The notes beneath the pieces were generated by a model, which was given only the letters and a program-made list of their open reading frames with translations, had not been told where the DNA came from and did no database searches. From positions 3,296,001-3,360,000 of the forward strand of contig OZ244922.1 of the NCBI GenBank assembly GCA_965221905.1: a stretch of DNA of 64,000 nt. The letters run 5' to 3'. The translations under genes and the position numbers were made by a program. This DNA comes from Chloroflexota bacterium (GTDB lineage Bacteria; Chloroflexota; UBA11872; VXOZ01). Below, one piece after another: positions 19,734-30,164 of this stretch. How positions within the stretch are numbered: position 1 is the stretch's first letter; each line of letters begins with the position of its first letter.

Positions 19734-20918
19734 ATGGATCAAGAACTAGAACTATTGCAGCGAGACCCATCTGAGGAAGATGAGAGCGATCTCGGCTCGT
19801 TTAGGACGGAAGCAGTAGTCACATCGACTGATTGGACTACCGAGACTATCTTGTCTCAGCTACGACGTGGGAATATCGAATTATCACCTCGGTTTCAGAG
19901 GCGAGAAGCATGGACAAATAGTAGAAAAAGCGCCTTCATTGAATCACTCTTTCTTGGCCTGCCTGTGCCTCAACTCGTACTAGCAGAACGACCGGATCAA
20001 AGGGGGTCATATATTGTTATTGATGGTAAGCAGCGGCTTCTTTCCATTCGTCGATTTGGGGTTGAATTGTCCTGTGAGGAATTTGACCCTTTGAAGTTAG
20101 CTGGCTTGAAAGTCAGATCCGATCTCAATGGACAAACATGGGCAAGACTAAAGGATCATCCCGATTTCCAAGGCGACAAGATTGCTTACGAGAACCAAAC
20201 CATTCGAACAGTGGTTGTCAGGAATTGGAGTGAGGAAGCGTTTCTCTATTTGGTCTTCCATCGACTTAACACTGGCAGCGTCCCTTTATCGCCTCAAGAG
20301 CTACGCCAAGCCTTACATCCCGGCCCGTTTACTGATTTTGTAGAGCAGTACTCATCCGACAGCCAATCCATCAGAAAGGCTCTTAATCTCCGCAAACCAG
20401 ACTTCCGAATGCGTGATGTTGAGTTATTGATACGTTTCTTTGCTTTTGCAGAGTCGATTGACAGCTATAACGGCAATCTAAAGGAATTCCTTGACAATAC
20501 ATCTGAGCATTTCAATAAGAGCTGGGATTCGCGACAGTTGGAAGTCGAACAGATAGCCAATCGATGCGATCAAGCGATAGACATTACGTTCCGAGTCTTC
20601 GGAAATGATGCATTCAGGCGATGGCAGGCCCCGAACGGATATGAGCGCCGATTCAACCGAGCAGTCTTCGACATCATGACGTACTACTTTAGCCATGACC
20701 AAACAGGAGAGCTCGCTGTCAGTAAGAAAGATGATGTAAAGGCGGCATTTTCAGAGCTATCCAAGAATGATGAGCAATTCACAGAGGCACTTCAAACAAC
20801 TACAAAGAGCGTTCAAGCAACTTTCAACCGACTAGGAAAGTGGGGACACAAGCTACAGGCAGTGCTTGGGTGCCCTTTAGAGATTCCCGAGATCCTTTCG
20901 ATTAGTCGCTCAAAGTAA
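19734..20918 (+). CDS. DUF262 (GmrS/ParB-like) domain protein
   Basis: PRFQRREAW, FIESLFLGLPVP, VIDGKQRL, FHRLNTGSVPLSPQELR. Confidence 0.9.
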   Translation: MDQELELLQRDPSEEDESDLGSFRTEAVVTSTDWTTETILSQLRRGNIELSPRFQRREAWTNSRKSAFIESLFLGLPVPQLVLAERPDQRGSYIVIDGKQRLLSIRRFGVELSCEEFDPLKLAGLKVRSDLNGQTWARLKDHPDFQGDKIAYENQTIRTVVVRNWSEEAFLYLVFHRLNTGSVPLSPQELRQALHPGPFTDFVEQYSSDSQSIRKALNLRKPDFRMRDVELLIRFFAFAESIDSYNGNLKEFLDNTSEHFNKSWDSRQLEVEQIANRCDQAIDITFRVFGNDAFRRWQAPNGYERRFNRAVFDIMTYYFSHDQTGELAVSKKDDVKAAFSELSKNDEQFTEALQTTTKSVQATFNRLGKWGHKLQAVLGCPLEIPEILSISRSK

Positions 20919-20926
20919 ATAACGCA

Positions 20927-21541
20927 ATGGCGAATTCCACTAGGTTTCGAAAGCTACGGACGAGAATTGGTGAATTGCGCAGGCACTTTCTACCAAGAGA
21001 CTTTGATGCGACTGGGGCTTACACAACACGGCAGTTCGACCACGCGCGGGCCTTTAGACTTCTGGCACATGCAGAGATCGAAAGCTTTCTTGAGGATGTG
21101 GCATTCGACACTGTAAATATGGCATTCCAGGCTTGGGTAGACAACGGAATCATTACGCTACCACTAGTAGCAATGGTTGCATATGCAGAACAGAACCTTG
21201 GAATAGTTCCTGACAGAAAGACTAAGATAGAGAAAGATTTAGTTGATCGCTTAGAGCGTTCACTGAGCAAATTCAATGGATATGCCAAGGCAGGGAATCA
21301 CGGCATAAAAGAAAAGGATGTATTGAAACTGCTTCTTCCCGTTGGAATGAGCGAACGGGACATCGATTCAACGTGGTTGGCAACGACAAGCTCATTCGGC
21401 CGCGCCCGTGGTGAAACGGCTCACCGGTCGAATCAAGTAGACCGCCCACCTGACCCTCGGACCGAGTTTGATATTGTGATCCAGATCCTTGAAGGGCTAG
21501 CGGACATTGACGAAAGGTTACTGAAATTACGCTCTACCTAG
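20927..21541 (+). CDS. HEPN-domain protein (RiboL-PSP/MAE_28990-like), putative RNase
   Basis: LLAHAEIESFLE N-terminal motif and RGETAH (Rx4H); starts 8 bp after the DUF262 stop. Confidence 0.75.
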   Translation: MANSTRFRKLRTRIGELRRHFLPRDFDATGAYTTRQFDHARAFRLLAHAEIESFLEDVAFDTVNMAFQAWVDNGIITLPLVAMVAYAEQNLGIVPDRKTKIEKDLVDRLERSLSKFNGYAKAGNHGIKEKDVLKLLLPVGMSERDIDSTWLATTSSFGRARGETAHRSNQVDRPPDPRTEFDIVIQILEGLADIDERLLKLRST

Positions 21542-21928
21542 TTTGAACATGACTGCCCTGCAGTGATTGATCCAGGGCGTTAGTTGCTTAAGCTTCCAGA
21601 CATCCTCAAGCCAGTCAGCAGCGTTCATCTACACACTGGTACGCTGCACATTCTAGGGAAACTACAAGGTCATCCTCTTAAATGTAGAGGGCCGGAGTGA
21701 CTGAACCCCAGAAGCACAGTTCAAACCCGAATAATCTATCAACCGATCCTTTGCATCCAACCGAGCTTTAATTTCGAACAGTTGGCAGCCTTACTAGAAA
21801 GAGAACCCGTACTACCTTGCAGGGAGTATTCATAGCAAGCAAGAGTTGTCACCTAGAAGTCTTGGACTTTGCCACAGCGATATTGCGACCTGGGGAAGTG
21901 CACGCGGCGAACACGAAGGGAGTATCGT

Positions 21929-22354
21929 ATGGACTTGCGAAAGTTGGAGCGGTCAACCGCTTTGTTGCGCGAGGAATTAACCGATATCTTGCGCTCGGAA
22001 GTGCGCGATCCCCGTCTTAACGAAGTAACGGTCTCGGCAGTGCGCCTCTCCCGCGACCGGCGACACGCCCGCGTGTTTGTGATCGCGGCGCAACAAGGAC
22101 AGGAAGAAGAACAGGCCGTACTCGCCGCCCTGAGCCGCGCTGCGGGCTATGTGCGTCGCTGCTTGGCGCAACGACTCTCGTGGTACAAGGCCCCGGAGAT
22201 AACATTTCAGCTTGACGAGGGTATGAAGCAGGGCGATCGCGTTCTCGCTTTGTTCAATGACCTTGAATCAGAGGAACCTGCACAAGCAGAAGGTTCGGAA
22301 TCTGTTGCCGGCGAATCCGGTAACGAGCGCCCGGAGAAGCATTCTCCCCAGTGA
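21929..22354 (+). CDS. rbfA: ribosome-binding factor A
   Basis: EVRDPRL..VTVSAVRLSRDRRHARVF, PEITFQLD. Confidence 0.95.
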   Translation: MDLRKLERSTALLREELTDILRSEVRDPRLNEVTVSAVRLSRDRRHARVFVIAAQQGQEEEQAVLAALSRAAGYVRRCLAQRLSWYKAPEITFQLDEGMKQGDRVLALFNDLESEEPAQAEGSESVAGESGNERPEKHSPQ

Positions 22355-23442
22355 AGGATACACTTACGGCACCTACTATAAAGTCAGCGTCTGCGACTAA
22401 ATCGCAGGCTGCAGATATTCCTGCGACCCTGCAAGAGCAGCGGGACACGGCATTTTCACCCCTGGAGTGGGAAAGGGCCTGCGCGCTGGTGCTGGAGGCG
22501 CAATGCATCCTTTTTACCACCCACGCCGGCCCTGACGGCGACGCCATCGGCAGTATGGTCGGGCTCTCTATCGCGCTGCGTGCAATGGGCAAGACGGTGG
22601 CAATGGTCTGCAGCGATCCGGTACCGCAAGATCTCACCTTCGTGCCGCATTCGGACCAAGTCCGGCCTTTACACGATCTCGCCAAACTGCCCTTTGCCCC
22701 CGACCTTATCATCGTATGCGATGCTGCCAGCCTGGCACGCCTCGGCGCAGTGTATACCGAGAGTCAGTCATGCTTTGAAGCATTGCCGATTCTCAACCTG
22801 GACCACCACCAGACGAATTCGCGGTTCGGTCGGGTCAATCTTGTTGATTCGACCGCAGCCGCAACGGCCGAGATCGCCCACGAACTGTTGGAGCGGTTGC
22901 ACGTAACGATTACGCAGGAAATCGCCACGGCGCTGATGACCGGCCTGGTTACCGATACGTTGGGGTTTCGTACGGGTAACGTTACGCCGCGTACGCTAAC
23001 ACTTGCCGCGCACCTACTGGAACACGGCGCGCCGCTCAACGAGATCGGCTATCGCGTATTTCGCGCCACGCGGTACGAGAAACTAAAGCTCTGGGGATAC
23101 GGCCTCTCCAACCTGCAACGCACGGAAGATGGGCGCATCGTGTGGGCCGAACTGCCTCGCGCAATGCGCACGGAATTAGGCGCCAAAGAGAGCGACTTGG
23201 TAGGACTGGCTTCGTTTATCGAAGATATGGAGGGTGTGGATGTTGTCATCCTGGCGTGGGATAGCAAGAAAGACCCCACACGTACACGGCTCTCCCTGCG
23301 TTCGCGCACCGTAAACGTGGCCGCCATTGCACAGACGCTTGGCGGCGGCGGCCACTCCGGCGCCGCCGGTGCACTGCTTGCCGAACCGCTCGCCGTGGGT
23401 CTGCGCAAAGCTGTTGAAGCAGCAAAGGCACACCTCGCCTGA
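22351..23442 (+). CDS. nrnA: DHH/DHHA1 phosphoesterase (NrnA-like)
   Basis: HAGPDGDAIGS, LDHH, TDT, GGGGHSGAAG. Confidence 0.9.
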   Translation: MKDTLTAPTIKSASATKSQAADIPATLQEQRDTAFSPLEWERACALVLEAQCILFTTHAGPDGDAIGSMVGLSIALRAMGKTVAMVCSDPVPQDLTFVPHSDQVRPLHDLAKLPFAPDLIIVCDAASLARLGAVYTESQSCFEALPILNLDHHQTNSRFGRVNLVDSTAAATAEIAHELLERLHVTITQEIATALMTGLVTDTLGFRTGNVTPRTLTLAAHLLEHGAPLNEIGYRVFRATRYEKLKLWGYGLSNLQRTEDGRIVWAELPRAMRTELGAKESDLVGLASFIEDMEGVDVVILAWDSKKDPTRTRLSLRSRTVNVAAIAQTLGGGGHSGAAGALLAEPLAVGLRKAVEAAKAHLA

Positions 23443-23571
23443 CCTGTGCGATGCGAAGCCCGGCCTCGCTAAGGTGACCGCCGGCTTGCCTGGGACCAAC
23501 TCTGACTTGCTTGGAACGAGCACTGTCTGGTTCCGAGGGAACACTGACGTGCTCCGCAGGAGCGCAGGATC

Positions 23572-24465
23572 GTGCGTCACGGCTTTCTAAACATCGCCAA
23601 GCCTCCCGCTTGCACTTCCCACGACGTTGTAGACGCCATCCGCCGTCTCTTAGGGCAACGACGCGTGGGCCACGCGGGTACGCTTGACCCGCTCGCCTGC
23701 GGTGTGCTCGTCATCGGCGCTGGGCATGGAACGCGTCTCATCGAATATCTCGCCGACACGCGCAAGACGTACCACGCCCGTATCCTGCTCGGCAGCACAA
23801 CGACCACCGACGACAGCGCCGGCGACCTGCTGGAGGAACGACCAGTAAACGTCGACGCAGCGGCAGTCTGCGCTGCTCTGGAGCAATTTAGCGGCACCAT
23901 CGCACAGGTGCCGCCCGCGTATGCTGCCGTGCACGTACAAGGAACGCGCGCCTACGTGCGGGCGCGACGCGGCGAGGCCGTAACGCTCACGCCGCGACAC
24001 GTGACGATCTTTGGTCTGGAACTCCTAGAGCTGCGGCTACCACGGCTCAGCCTCGAGGTGGAGTGCTCGACGGGAACCTATGTGCGTGCCCTGGCCCGTG
24101 ATCTGGGAGAAGCGCTTGGCTGCGGCGCCCACTTGGAAGCGCTCACGCGCACCCACGTTGGTGCATTCGCGTTGGAAGAAGCCGTGCCCCTCCACGCGCT
24201 GGCAGACCGTGCGGCCGATCAAGGCTGGGACACGGTCATGCTGCCTTTGGATCGGCCCTTGAGGCACTGGCCCGCCTGCCTCCTAAGCGCTGAGGAAGCT
24301 ACACAGGTGATGAACGGCATGCGCGTCGCAGTCTCCAGCGCAGTATGCCCGGGACAATTCGCGCGCGCCTACGATCCGCAAGGACGCCTGCTTGCGGTGC
24401 TGCAAGCAGTGGACTCCCCTACGCCGCTCTGGCAGCCGGTCAAAGTCTTTCGCTATAATCCATGA
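23572..24465 (+). CDS. truB: tRNA pseudouridine(55) synthase
   Basis: TSHDVV, GHAGTLDPLA, GTYVRALARDLG. Confidence 0.96.
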   Translation: MRHGFLNIAKPPACTSHDVVDAIRRLLGQRRVGHAGTLDPLACGVLVIGAGHGTRLIEYLADTRKTYHARILLGSTTTTDDSAGDLLEERPVNVDAAAVCAALEQFSGTIAQVPPAYAAVHVQGTRAYVRARRGEAVTLTPRHVTIFGLELLELRLPRLSLEVECSTGTYVRALARDLGEALGCGAHLEALTRTHVGAFALEEAVPLHALADRAADQGWDTVMLPLDRPLRHWPACLLSAEEATQVMNGMRVAVSSAVCPGQFARAYDPQGRLLAVLQAVDSPTPLWQPVKVFRYNP

Positions 24466-24528
24466 AGATGCACGCCACATTGGCCCGCGACGCCAGGACG
24501 TTGGCAAGCGTAAGGATAGGCAAACGCA

Positions 24529-25488
24529 GTGGAGGTTTTTCGCCGAGACCCGGAGACTCTTGAGTCTGATCGTCCCACTGTGCTCACCATCGGCAAATTC
24601 GACGGTATACACCGGGGACACCGGCACGTATTGGAAGCCGTTGCGGCGCGGGCGCGCGCCAATGACTGGCAATCCGCCGTCATCATCCTCTGGCCGCCGC
24701 CGCCGGAGGTGCTGCGGCCCGGCGCGCAGATACCCCGCCTCTCCACTCTGGCCGAACGGGAGGCGGCCATCGCCGCCAGCGGCATCGACCTGCTGATTCT
24801 CTGGCCCTTCACGCTCGAGCTCTCTCGCCTGACACCGCGTGACTTCATGCAGGTCTTGCGCGACCGTCTCGATCTGCGCGTGCTCGTTATCGGCAGCGAT
24901 TTTGCCCTGGGCCACCAGCGCAGCGGTACACCCGACGTGCTGCGGGAGTTAGGCAGAGAACTCGGTTTCGACGTGGAAGTTTCGCCACCCTACGTGCATG
25001 AGGGTCAGGCTGTTAGTAGTTCGCGTATTCGCGGGCACTTGTCCGCAGGCGACCCGGCGCAGGCGGCGCGACTGCTCGGCCGCTGGCCGACGCTCACCGG
25101 CACGATAGTTCGCGGCGCCGGACGCGGCAAAGACCTCGGCTTTCCAACGGCCAATCTGCACCTCGCCGAGCCGCTCGCCGTGCCCGCCCACGGCATCTAC
25201 GCTACCTTCGCGACGCTCGCGCCGGAAGCCGAGGCCGTGGTGCACCGGTCGGTTACCAGCATCGGCGTGCGCCCCACGTTCGGCGACGCAAACGCGCAGA
25301 CCATCGAGACGTACCTGCTGGACTTTGGTGGCGACCTCTACGGCCGGACGCTCCGCCTGCACCTAGTGGCAAAACTCCGCGACGAACTGAAGTTTACTTC
25401 CGTCGCGGCCCTGATCGCGCAAATGGAGCAAGACGTCATCCATGCTCGCGCCGCCCTCGCTCCACACCCGCTGCCGGAACAATCCTAG
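24529..25488 (+). CDS. ribF: bifunctional riboflavin kinase/FAD synthetase
   Basis: IGKFDGIHRGH, SSSRIR, GFPTAN, GVRPTF. Confidence 0.96.
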   Translation: MEVFRRDPETLESDRPTVLTIGKFDGIHRGHRHVLEAVAARARANDWQSAVIILWPPPPEVLRPGAQIPRLSTLAEREAAIAASGIDLLILWPFTLELSRLTPRDFMQVLRDRLDLRVLVIGSDFALGHQRSGTPDVLRELGRELGFDVEVSPPYVHEGQAVSSSRIRGHLSAGDPAQAARLLGRWPTLTGTIVRGAGRGKDLGFPTANLHLAEPLAVPAHGIYATFATLAPEAEAVVHRSVTSIGVRPTFGDANAQTIETYLLDFGGDLYGRTLRLHLVAKLRDELKFTSVAALIAQMEQDVIHARAALAPHPLPEQS

Positions 25489-25676
25489 CGCTCACATGTT
25501 CCGCCATTCCCGGTAGCGCAGGTTTGAAACCTGTGCCGTCGTGGTGTGGTGTAGTCCCTGTGATCGACCCTTGTTACATGCGATGACATTGGGGCATCTA
25601 TCCCGCTTCATGGCGCAATCTGGGAAACATTGCATTGATCGGCACCAAGCGCATCGAGCATACAGCCGCCCACACT

Positions 25677-27617
25677 CTATTCCGGCTCTCCGCCCGTGAA
25701 CGGCCCGGAGCCTTGAAAGCCGGGCATTCTCCCGCCACCCGGTTTGCGGCGGCCGAACGGCGGCATGGGCGGGCCGGTATCGGATTCGTCTGCCTGTGCC
25801 GCTTCCGGCTCGGTGCGGAACTGAATGCTGTGCAGTTTGGCGTAGAGGCCGCCTTGCGCCTGCAACTCCTCATGCGTGCCGGACTCGACCGCGCGGCCTT
25901 GGTCTATCACCAGGATGCGGTTGGCCGCCCGCACGGTAGAAAGCCGGTGGGCGATAACGAAGCTCGTACGACCTTGCCGCAGGGTGTTGAGCGCCGCCTG
26001 GATCAGCTCTTCAGACTGCGAATCGAGCGAGGACGTGGCTTCATCCAAGATGATGATGCGCGGGTTCTTCAGGAAGACGCGAGCAATGGCCACGCGTTGC
26101 TTTTCGCCGCCGGAAAGCCGGAAACCCCGCTCACCCACCACCGTCTCGTACTTTTCCGGCAACCCCACAATAAAATCATGGATCTGCGCCGCCTTGCAGG
26201 CATCAATCATATCCTCTTCGCTGGCCTCCGGGTTCGCGTAGAGCAAGTTCTCCCGCAGCGAGGTGTGGAACAAGAAGGGCTCCTGCGTCACCACACCAAC
26301 GTGCTGCATGAGAGACAGATACTGAAGGTCACGCAGATCGGCGTCGTCCAACTGCACCTGGCCGTTCACCGGATCGTAGAGCCGCGGGATAAGGTAGGTC
26401 AGGGTCGTCTTGCCCGCGCCGCTCGGGCCGACAAGGGCGATCATCTCGCCCGGCTCGGCTGTAAACGAAATGCCCTGGAGTGCCCAGGCTGCTTCATCGT
26501 TGTAGCGGAACCAGACATCGTTGAAGGAGATGCGCCCCTGAACGTCAGCGACTTCACGCGCGTCAGGTGTATCGAATATCTCCGGCTCCATGTCCAAGTA
26601 TCCAAAGATACGGTCGAACAACGCCATCGCACCCTGCACGTCCACGTAGACATTGGCCAGTTGCGACGAGGGGCCGTAAAGGTTTCTGAGGAAGGCGACG
26701 AAGGCGATGATGGTGCCGAGGGTCAGATCCCCTGCCATCACCTGGCGACCCCCAAACCAGTAGATTGCCGCCGGCCCGATGGAGGCGAAGAGCCCTAAGA
26801 ACATGAAGAACCAACGGCCGACCATAGCTTGCTTGATGTTCAAGCGCAGCAGGTCCCGTCCGATGCCGCGAAAACGCGAGTCCGCGCGCTGCTCACCGGA
26901 GAACGTGCGCATGAGCAGGTAGCCGCTGATATTCATCATCTCGTGCAAGAAGGCGCTGAGATCGGCCTGCTTTTCCTGGGTCTCTCGCGAGACTTGACGC
27001 CGGTACCGTCCCACACGGCGCGTCGGCAGCACAAACGCCGGTGTGACGATGAGGGCGATGAGCGCCAGTTGCCAGTTCATTAAGAAGAGCACGATGATCG
27101 TGAACACCACGGTAAAGATGTTCGTAATGATCGAGATGAGGGTGCCGGCTATGACGCTCTGCACACCGGCGACGTCGTTGTTGATCCGGGAGATGATCTC
27201 ACCGCTGCGGGTCTTGGTGAAAAAACGCAGCGACATGCGCTGCATGTGCCGAAAGAGATGCTTGCGCAGGTCGTAGACGATTCCCTGGCCGACCAGGGCG
27301 TTCAGATAGCTCTGCAACACGCTGATCAAGCCAGAGAAGAACGGCAGCGCGACCATGCCGAAGACGAGCAGGTTGAGCAGTCCGTAGTCTCTATGCGGTA
27401 TGGCGGTGTCAATGACGCTGCGCATCAGCAGCGGCGGGACCAAGCCAAGGCCGGTGACTGCCAGTACGCAGATGAGAATGACGATTTCATGCGGCCAATA
27501 CGGCGCCAGGTAGCTCAAGACGCGGCGTACGCCGGCAGCAGTCAGCGGCACTTTGGGCTGACCCTCGTTATCACGATATGATCGATGCATTCCCCATCCG
27601 CCGCCACCGTACATCAT
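25677..27617 (-). CDS. ABC exporter, fused permease/ATP-binding protein
   Basis: TM domain, GPSGAGKT, LSGGEKQR, LDEATS, IAHRLST. Confidence 0.95.
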   Translation of the reverse strand: MMYGGGGWGMHRSYRDNEGQPKVPLTAAGVRRVLSYLAPYWPHEIVILICVLAVTGLGLVPPLLMRSVIDTAIPHRDYGLLNLLVFGMVALPFFSGLISVLQSYLNALVGQGIVYDLRKHLFRHMQRMSLRFFTKTRSGEIISRINNDVAGVQSVIAGTLISIITNIFTVVFTIIVLFLMNWQLALIALIVTPAFVLPTRRVGRYRRQVSRETQEKQADLSAFLHEMMNISGYLLMRTFSGEQRADSRFRGIGRDLLRLNIKQAMVGRWFFMFLGLFASIGPAAIYWFGGRQVMAGDLTLGTIIAFVAFLRNLYGPSSQLANVYVDVQGAMALFDRIFGYLDMEPEIFDTPDAREVADVQGRISFNDVWFRYNDEAAWALQGISFTAEPGEMIALVGPSGAGKTTLTYLIPRLYDPVNGQVQLDDADLRDLQYLSLMQHVGVVTQEPFLFHTSLRENLLYANPEASEEDMIDACKAAQIHDFIVGLPEKYETVVGERGFRLSGGEKQRVAIARVFLKNPRIIILDEATSSLDSQSEELIQAALNTLRQGRTSFVIAHRLSTVRAANRILVIDQGRAVESGTHEELQAQGGLYAKLHSIQFRTEPEAAQADESDTGPPMPPFGRRKPGGGRMPGFQGSGPFTGGEPE

Positions 27618-27689
27618 GCGCTTTGCTCCGTATTCGTCTTGCTTCTACACAAAACCATTCGCAGCCCTAGACATCTCGCCACGAAACAC

Positions 27690-28118
27690 ATGCAGTCCAA
27701 TACTTTTCGCCACAGATTGTGTGACCGCACACACAATCTACATTCTCCGGTAGCGCAGGTTTGTAACCTGCGTCTGCGAGGCCGCTTTCCTTCGCGGAAC
27801 CATTTGCAGTCCTATGCTTTTAACCGTGGATTATATGCACGTCCGCACAGTCCGCACCCTCCGGTAGCGCAGGTTTGTAACCTGCGTCTGCATGGCCGAT
27901 TTCCTTCGCGGTTTCGCTTGCAGTCCCTTGCCTTTCGCCGTAAATTGTATGCCCGTCCGCACAAATCACATTCTCCGGTAGCGCAGGTTTGTAACCTGCG
28001 TCTGCGAGGCCGCTTTCCTTCGCGGTTTAGCTTGCAGCCCTAGGCATCTTGCCGTAAATTGTATGCCCGTCCGCAACCGTCCACATTCTCCGGTAGCGCA
28101 GGTTTGTAACCTGCGTCT
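27690..28118 (+). repeat. head-to-tail array of 114-115-bp units, each with a class B REP
   Basis: GTAGCGCAGGTTTGTAACCTGCG at 27750, 27864, 27978 and 28093 with homologous linkers. Confidence 0.9.
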
Positions 28119-28706
28119 TCTCCACTTAGCGTCTGTCCAAAGGAGCAAGGAAAAGCACATATGTAGCGATTAACAGATTGTCGGACACGGCGCCGCGATT
28201 CTCCGTTTCCCTCGCAACCCTCTATCCCCGCAAATTCTCCCGCCTCTAACCGTGCAGGCGAGAGGCGGCCTATTGGCTACTACATCTATATTAACCATTA
28301 CGTGAACGTTGTACAACGACAAGACGACGGTAAAGGCGCACGCATGACGTGACTGTGCAATCGCAAGCAGTTTGGCGTTGCACGGCATAAGCAAGCGAGG
28401 AGAGGGAGGCGTGTGGTAAGCCAATCGCCCGTCACTCCGGCGGATGCCGGAGTCCAGTGGCTTGGCGAAGAAAGATTCCCGGGCACGCTGGAATGACGGT
28501 CAGGTTTTGCGGCAATAGGTGAATAGCGAAATGTGTCAACGAAAGAACTAGCGCTTACAGGAGTGACAAGACAAGGTGACTCGCGAATCCCATGGTGATA
28601 ATGGTGATAGCGGTGCTGAAAATTCCATCACCAAATGCTTGGGCCTCTCGTGCTATGTCGCGAAGCACAAGATGAGGTACATATGACCCAGGAACCACAG
28701 TTACCG

Positions 28707-29069
28707 CTAGAAGATTTCGCTAATCTTCTTGCCCGAATAAAGGATATTGATGACAACCAACGCGGCCCAAACGATAGCAACGCCCATTAATCCGACCATG
28801 TCGGCCGCGATCGGAGTCAAGGGCACTGCGAAAACAAACGAGCATATCGGCACGGCTGGGGAGAGAGAGCTTTTGGGGGCACTCTGAAGGCGCGCTTCAA
28901 CGCGGCTGTCGATCACGGCGTCGAGACGCTCCATCAGCATGTCGGCCAGTTCGTCGTTGTACTCAGTGCCGAGTTCCTGCCGCGCCGAGAGGATTGCCCG
29001 CAACTCTTCGCGGGTGCCATCGGCTTCCTGGCGCTCTGCTTTGTTTTGGTCTGCCCCGCTACTGCTCAT
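28707..29069 (-). CDS. small membrane protein, paralog 1 of 3
   Basis: ARQELGTEYNDELADMLMERLD plus two C-terminal hydrophobic segments. Confidence 0.75.
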   Translation of the reverse strand: MSSSGADQNKAERQEADGTREELRAILSARQELGTEYNDELADMLMERLDAVIDSRVEARLQSAPKSSLSPAVPICSFVFAVPLTPIAADMVGLMGVAIVWAALVVINILYSGKKISEIF

Positions 29070-29191
29070 GCTCACCTTCCCTCTCGCCTGGATCAATTGT
29101 GTTTGCGCCGGCACATTTCCTGCTAATCGCCTATTGTAGGAGCACGGCATGCCGTGCCCCTACCCTAATTTCAAAGCAATCCGACCACTAT

Positions 29192-29231
29192 TCTTCGAGC
29201 TAAGGCTCCAGTCTTCGAGCTAAGGCTCCAG
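29192..29231. repeat. perfect 20-bp tandem duplication
   Basis: TCTTCGAGCTAAGGCTCCAG x2. Confidence 0.9.
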
Positions 29232-29302
29232 ATATTTCGCTCCGCTTGCGAGGAAAAGACCACGATGCAGGAGATCGGCTTCATCGGCATTATGCAGCGA
29301 GA

Positions 29303-29665
29303 CTAGAAAATGTCGCTGATCTTCTTGCCGGAGTAAAGAATATTTACGACGATCAACGCGGCCCAGACGATAGCTACACCTCTGAAACCGACCGTACTGG
29401 CCGCAACCGCGGTCAAGGGAATCGCGAAAACTATCGAGATGATCGGCACGGCTGGGGAGAGAGAACTCTTCGGGACATTCTGCAGGCGCGCTTCAACGCG
29501 CCGGTCAATGACGGCATCGAGACGCTCCATCAGCATGTCGGCCAGTTCGTCGTTGTACTCCGTGCCGAGATCCTGCCGCGCCGAGAGGATGGCGTCCAAC
29601 TCCTCGCGGGCGCGCTTGGCCTCTTCGCGCTTTGCTTTGCTCCGGTCTGCCTCGCTATTGCTCAT
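29303..29665 (-). CDS. small membrane protein, paralog 2 of 3
   Basis: Core nearly identical to 28707-29069. Confidence 0.75.
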   Translation of the reverse strand: MSNSEADRSKAKREEAKRAREELDAILSARQDLGTEYNDELADMLMERLDAVIDRRVEARLQNVPKSSLSPAVPIISIVFAIPLTAVAASTVGFRGVAIVWAALIVVNILYSGKKISDIF

Positions 29666-29804
29666 GCTCTATTTTCCTTCAATTTTCTAACGATGGTTGT
29701 TGCATGCTATGCTGCACTTGCCCTTTGCCGCATACGAGACTCTTGGCACTTTCACCCCGTCAGCGACAGCAGAAGCCTGCTTGCCCATCCAACGAGAGTC
29801 AGCC

Positions 29805-30164
29805 TCAGTCTCTTCTGCTTGCCGCGTAGATGATGTTGATCACAATGATGGCAATCCAGGGAGACCAAATGGTAAAGCCGGAGGCAAGAGGGCCCATAAT
29901 GGCACCGGCGATAGCCATCGCAGGCAGACCGGCAATGAGAGAGACAATTGGCAGCACCAATGGGGATGCGCTGCCTCTTCGTTTCTTAAGCTGCGCCTCG
30001 ACACGCTGGTCAATGGTGGCATGCAAGCGCTCGACAAACGAGTCAGCTAGCTCGGTGCCGAATCGCTCACCCAACTCTTGATGGGCCGCAACCATGGCCT
30101 GCACTTCCCGGCGCAACTGCGCGTCGCTCGGCGGCTCTGCCTTCTCTTGCTTATCCGCAACCAT
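29805..30164 (-). CDS. small membrane protein, paralog 3 of 3 (divergent)
   Basis: AHQELGERFGTELADSFVERL..IDQRVEAQL..IIVINIIY. Confidence 0.7.
   Translation of the reverse strand: MVADKQEKAEPPSDAQLRREVQAMVAAHQELGERFGTELADSFVERLHATIDQRVEAQLKKRRGSASPLVLPIVSLIAGLPAMAIAGAIMGPLASGFTIWSPWIAIIVINIIYAASRRD

Noticed and set aside
19430-21860. Terminal inverted or direct repeats bounding the DUF262-HEPN island
   Set aside because: Only a 7-bp GGTGACA/TGTCACC match was seen, too short to support.
25635-26798. Long antisense ORFs (also 1166-2074, 8768-9745, 32631-33917, 34006-35250, 40057-41217, 55420-56253)
   Set aside because: Shadow ORFs opposite recognisable genes in high-GC DNA, with no motifs.
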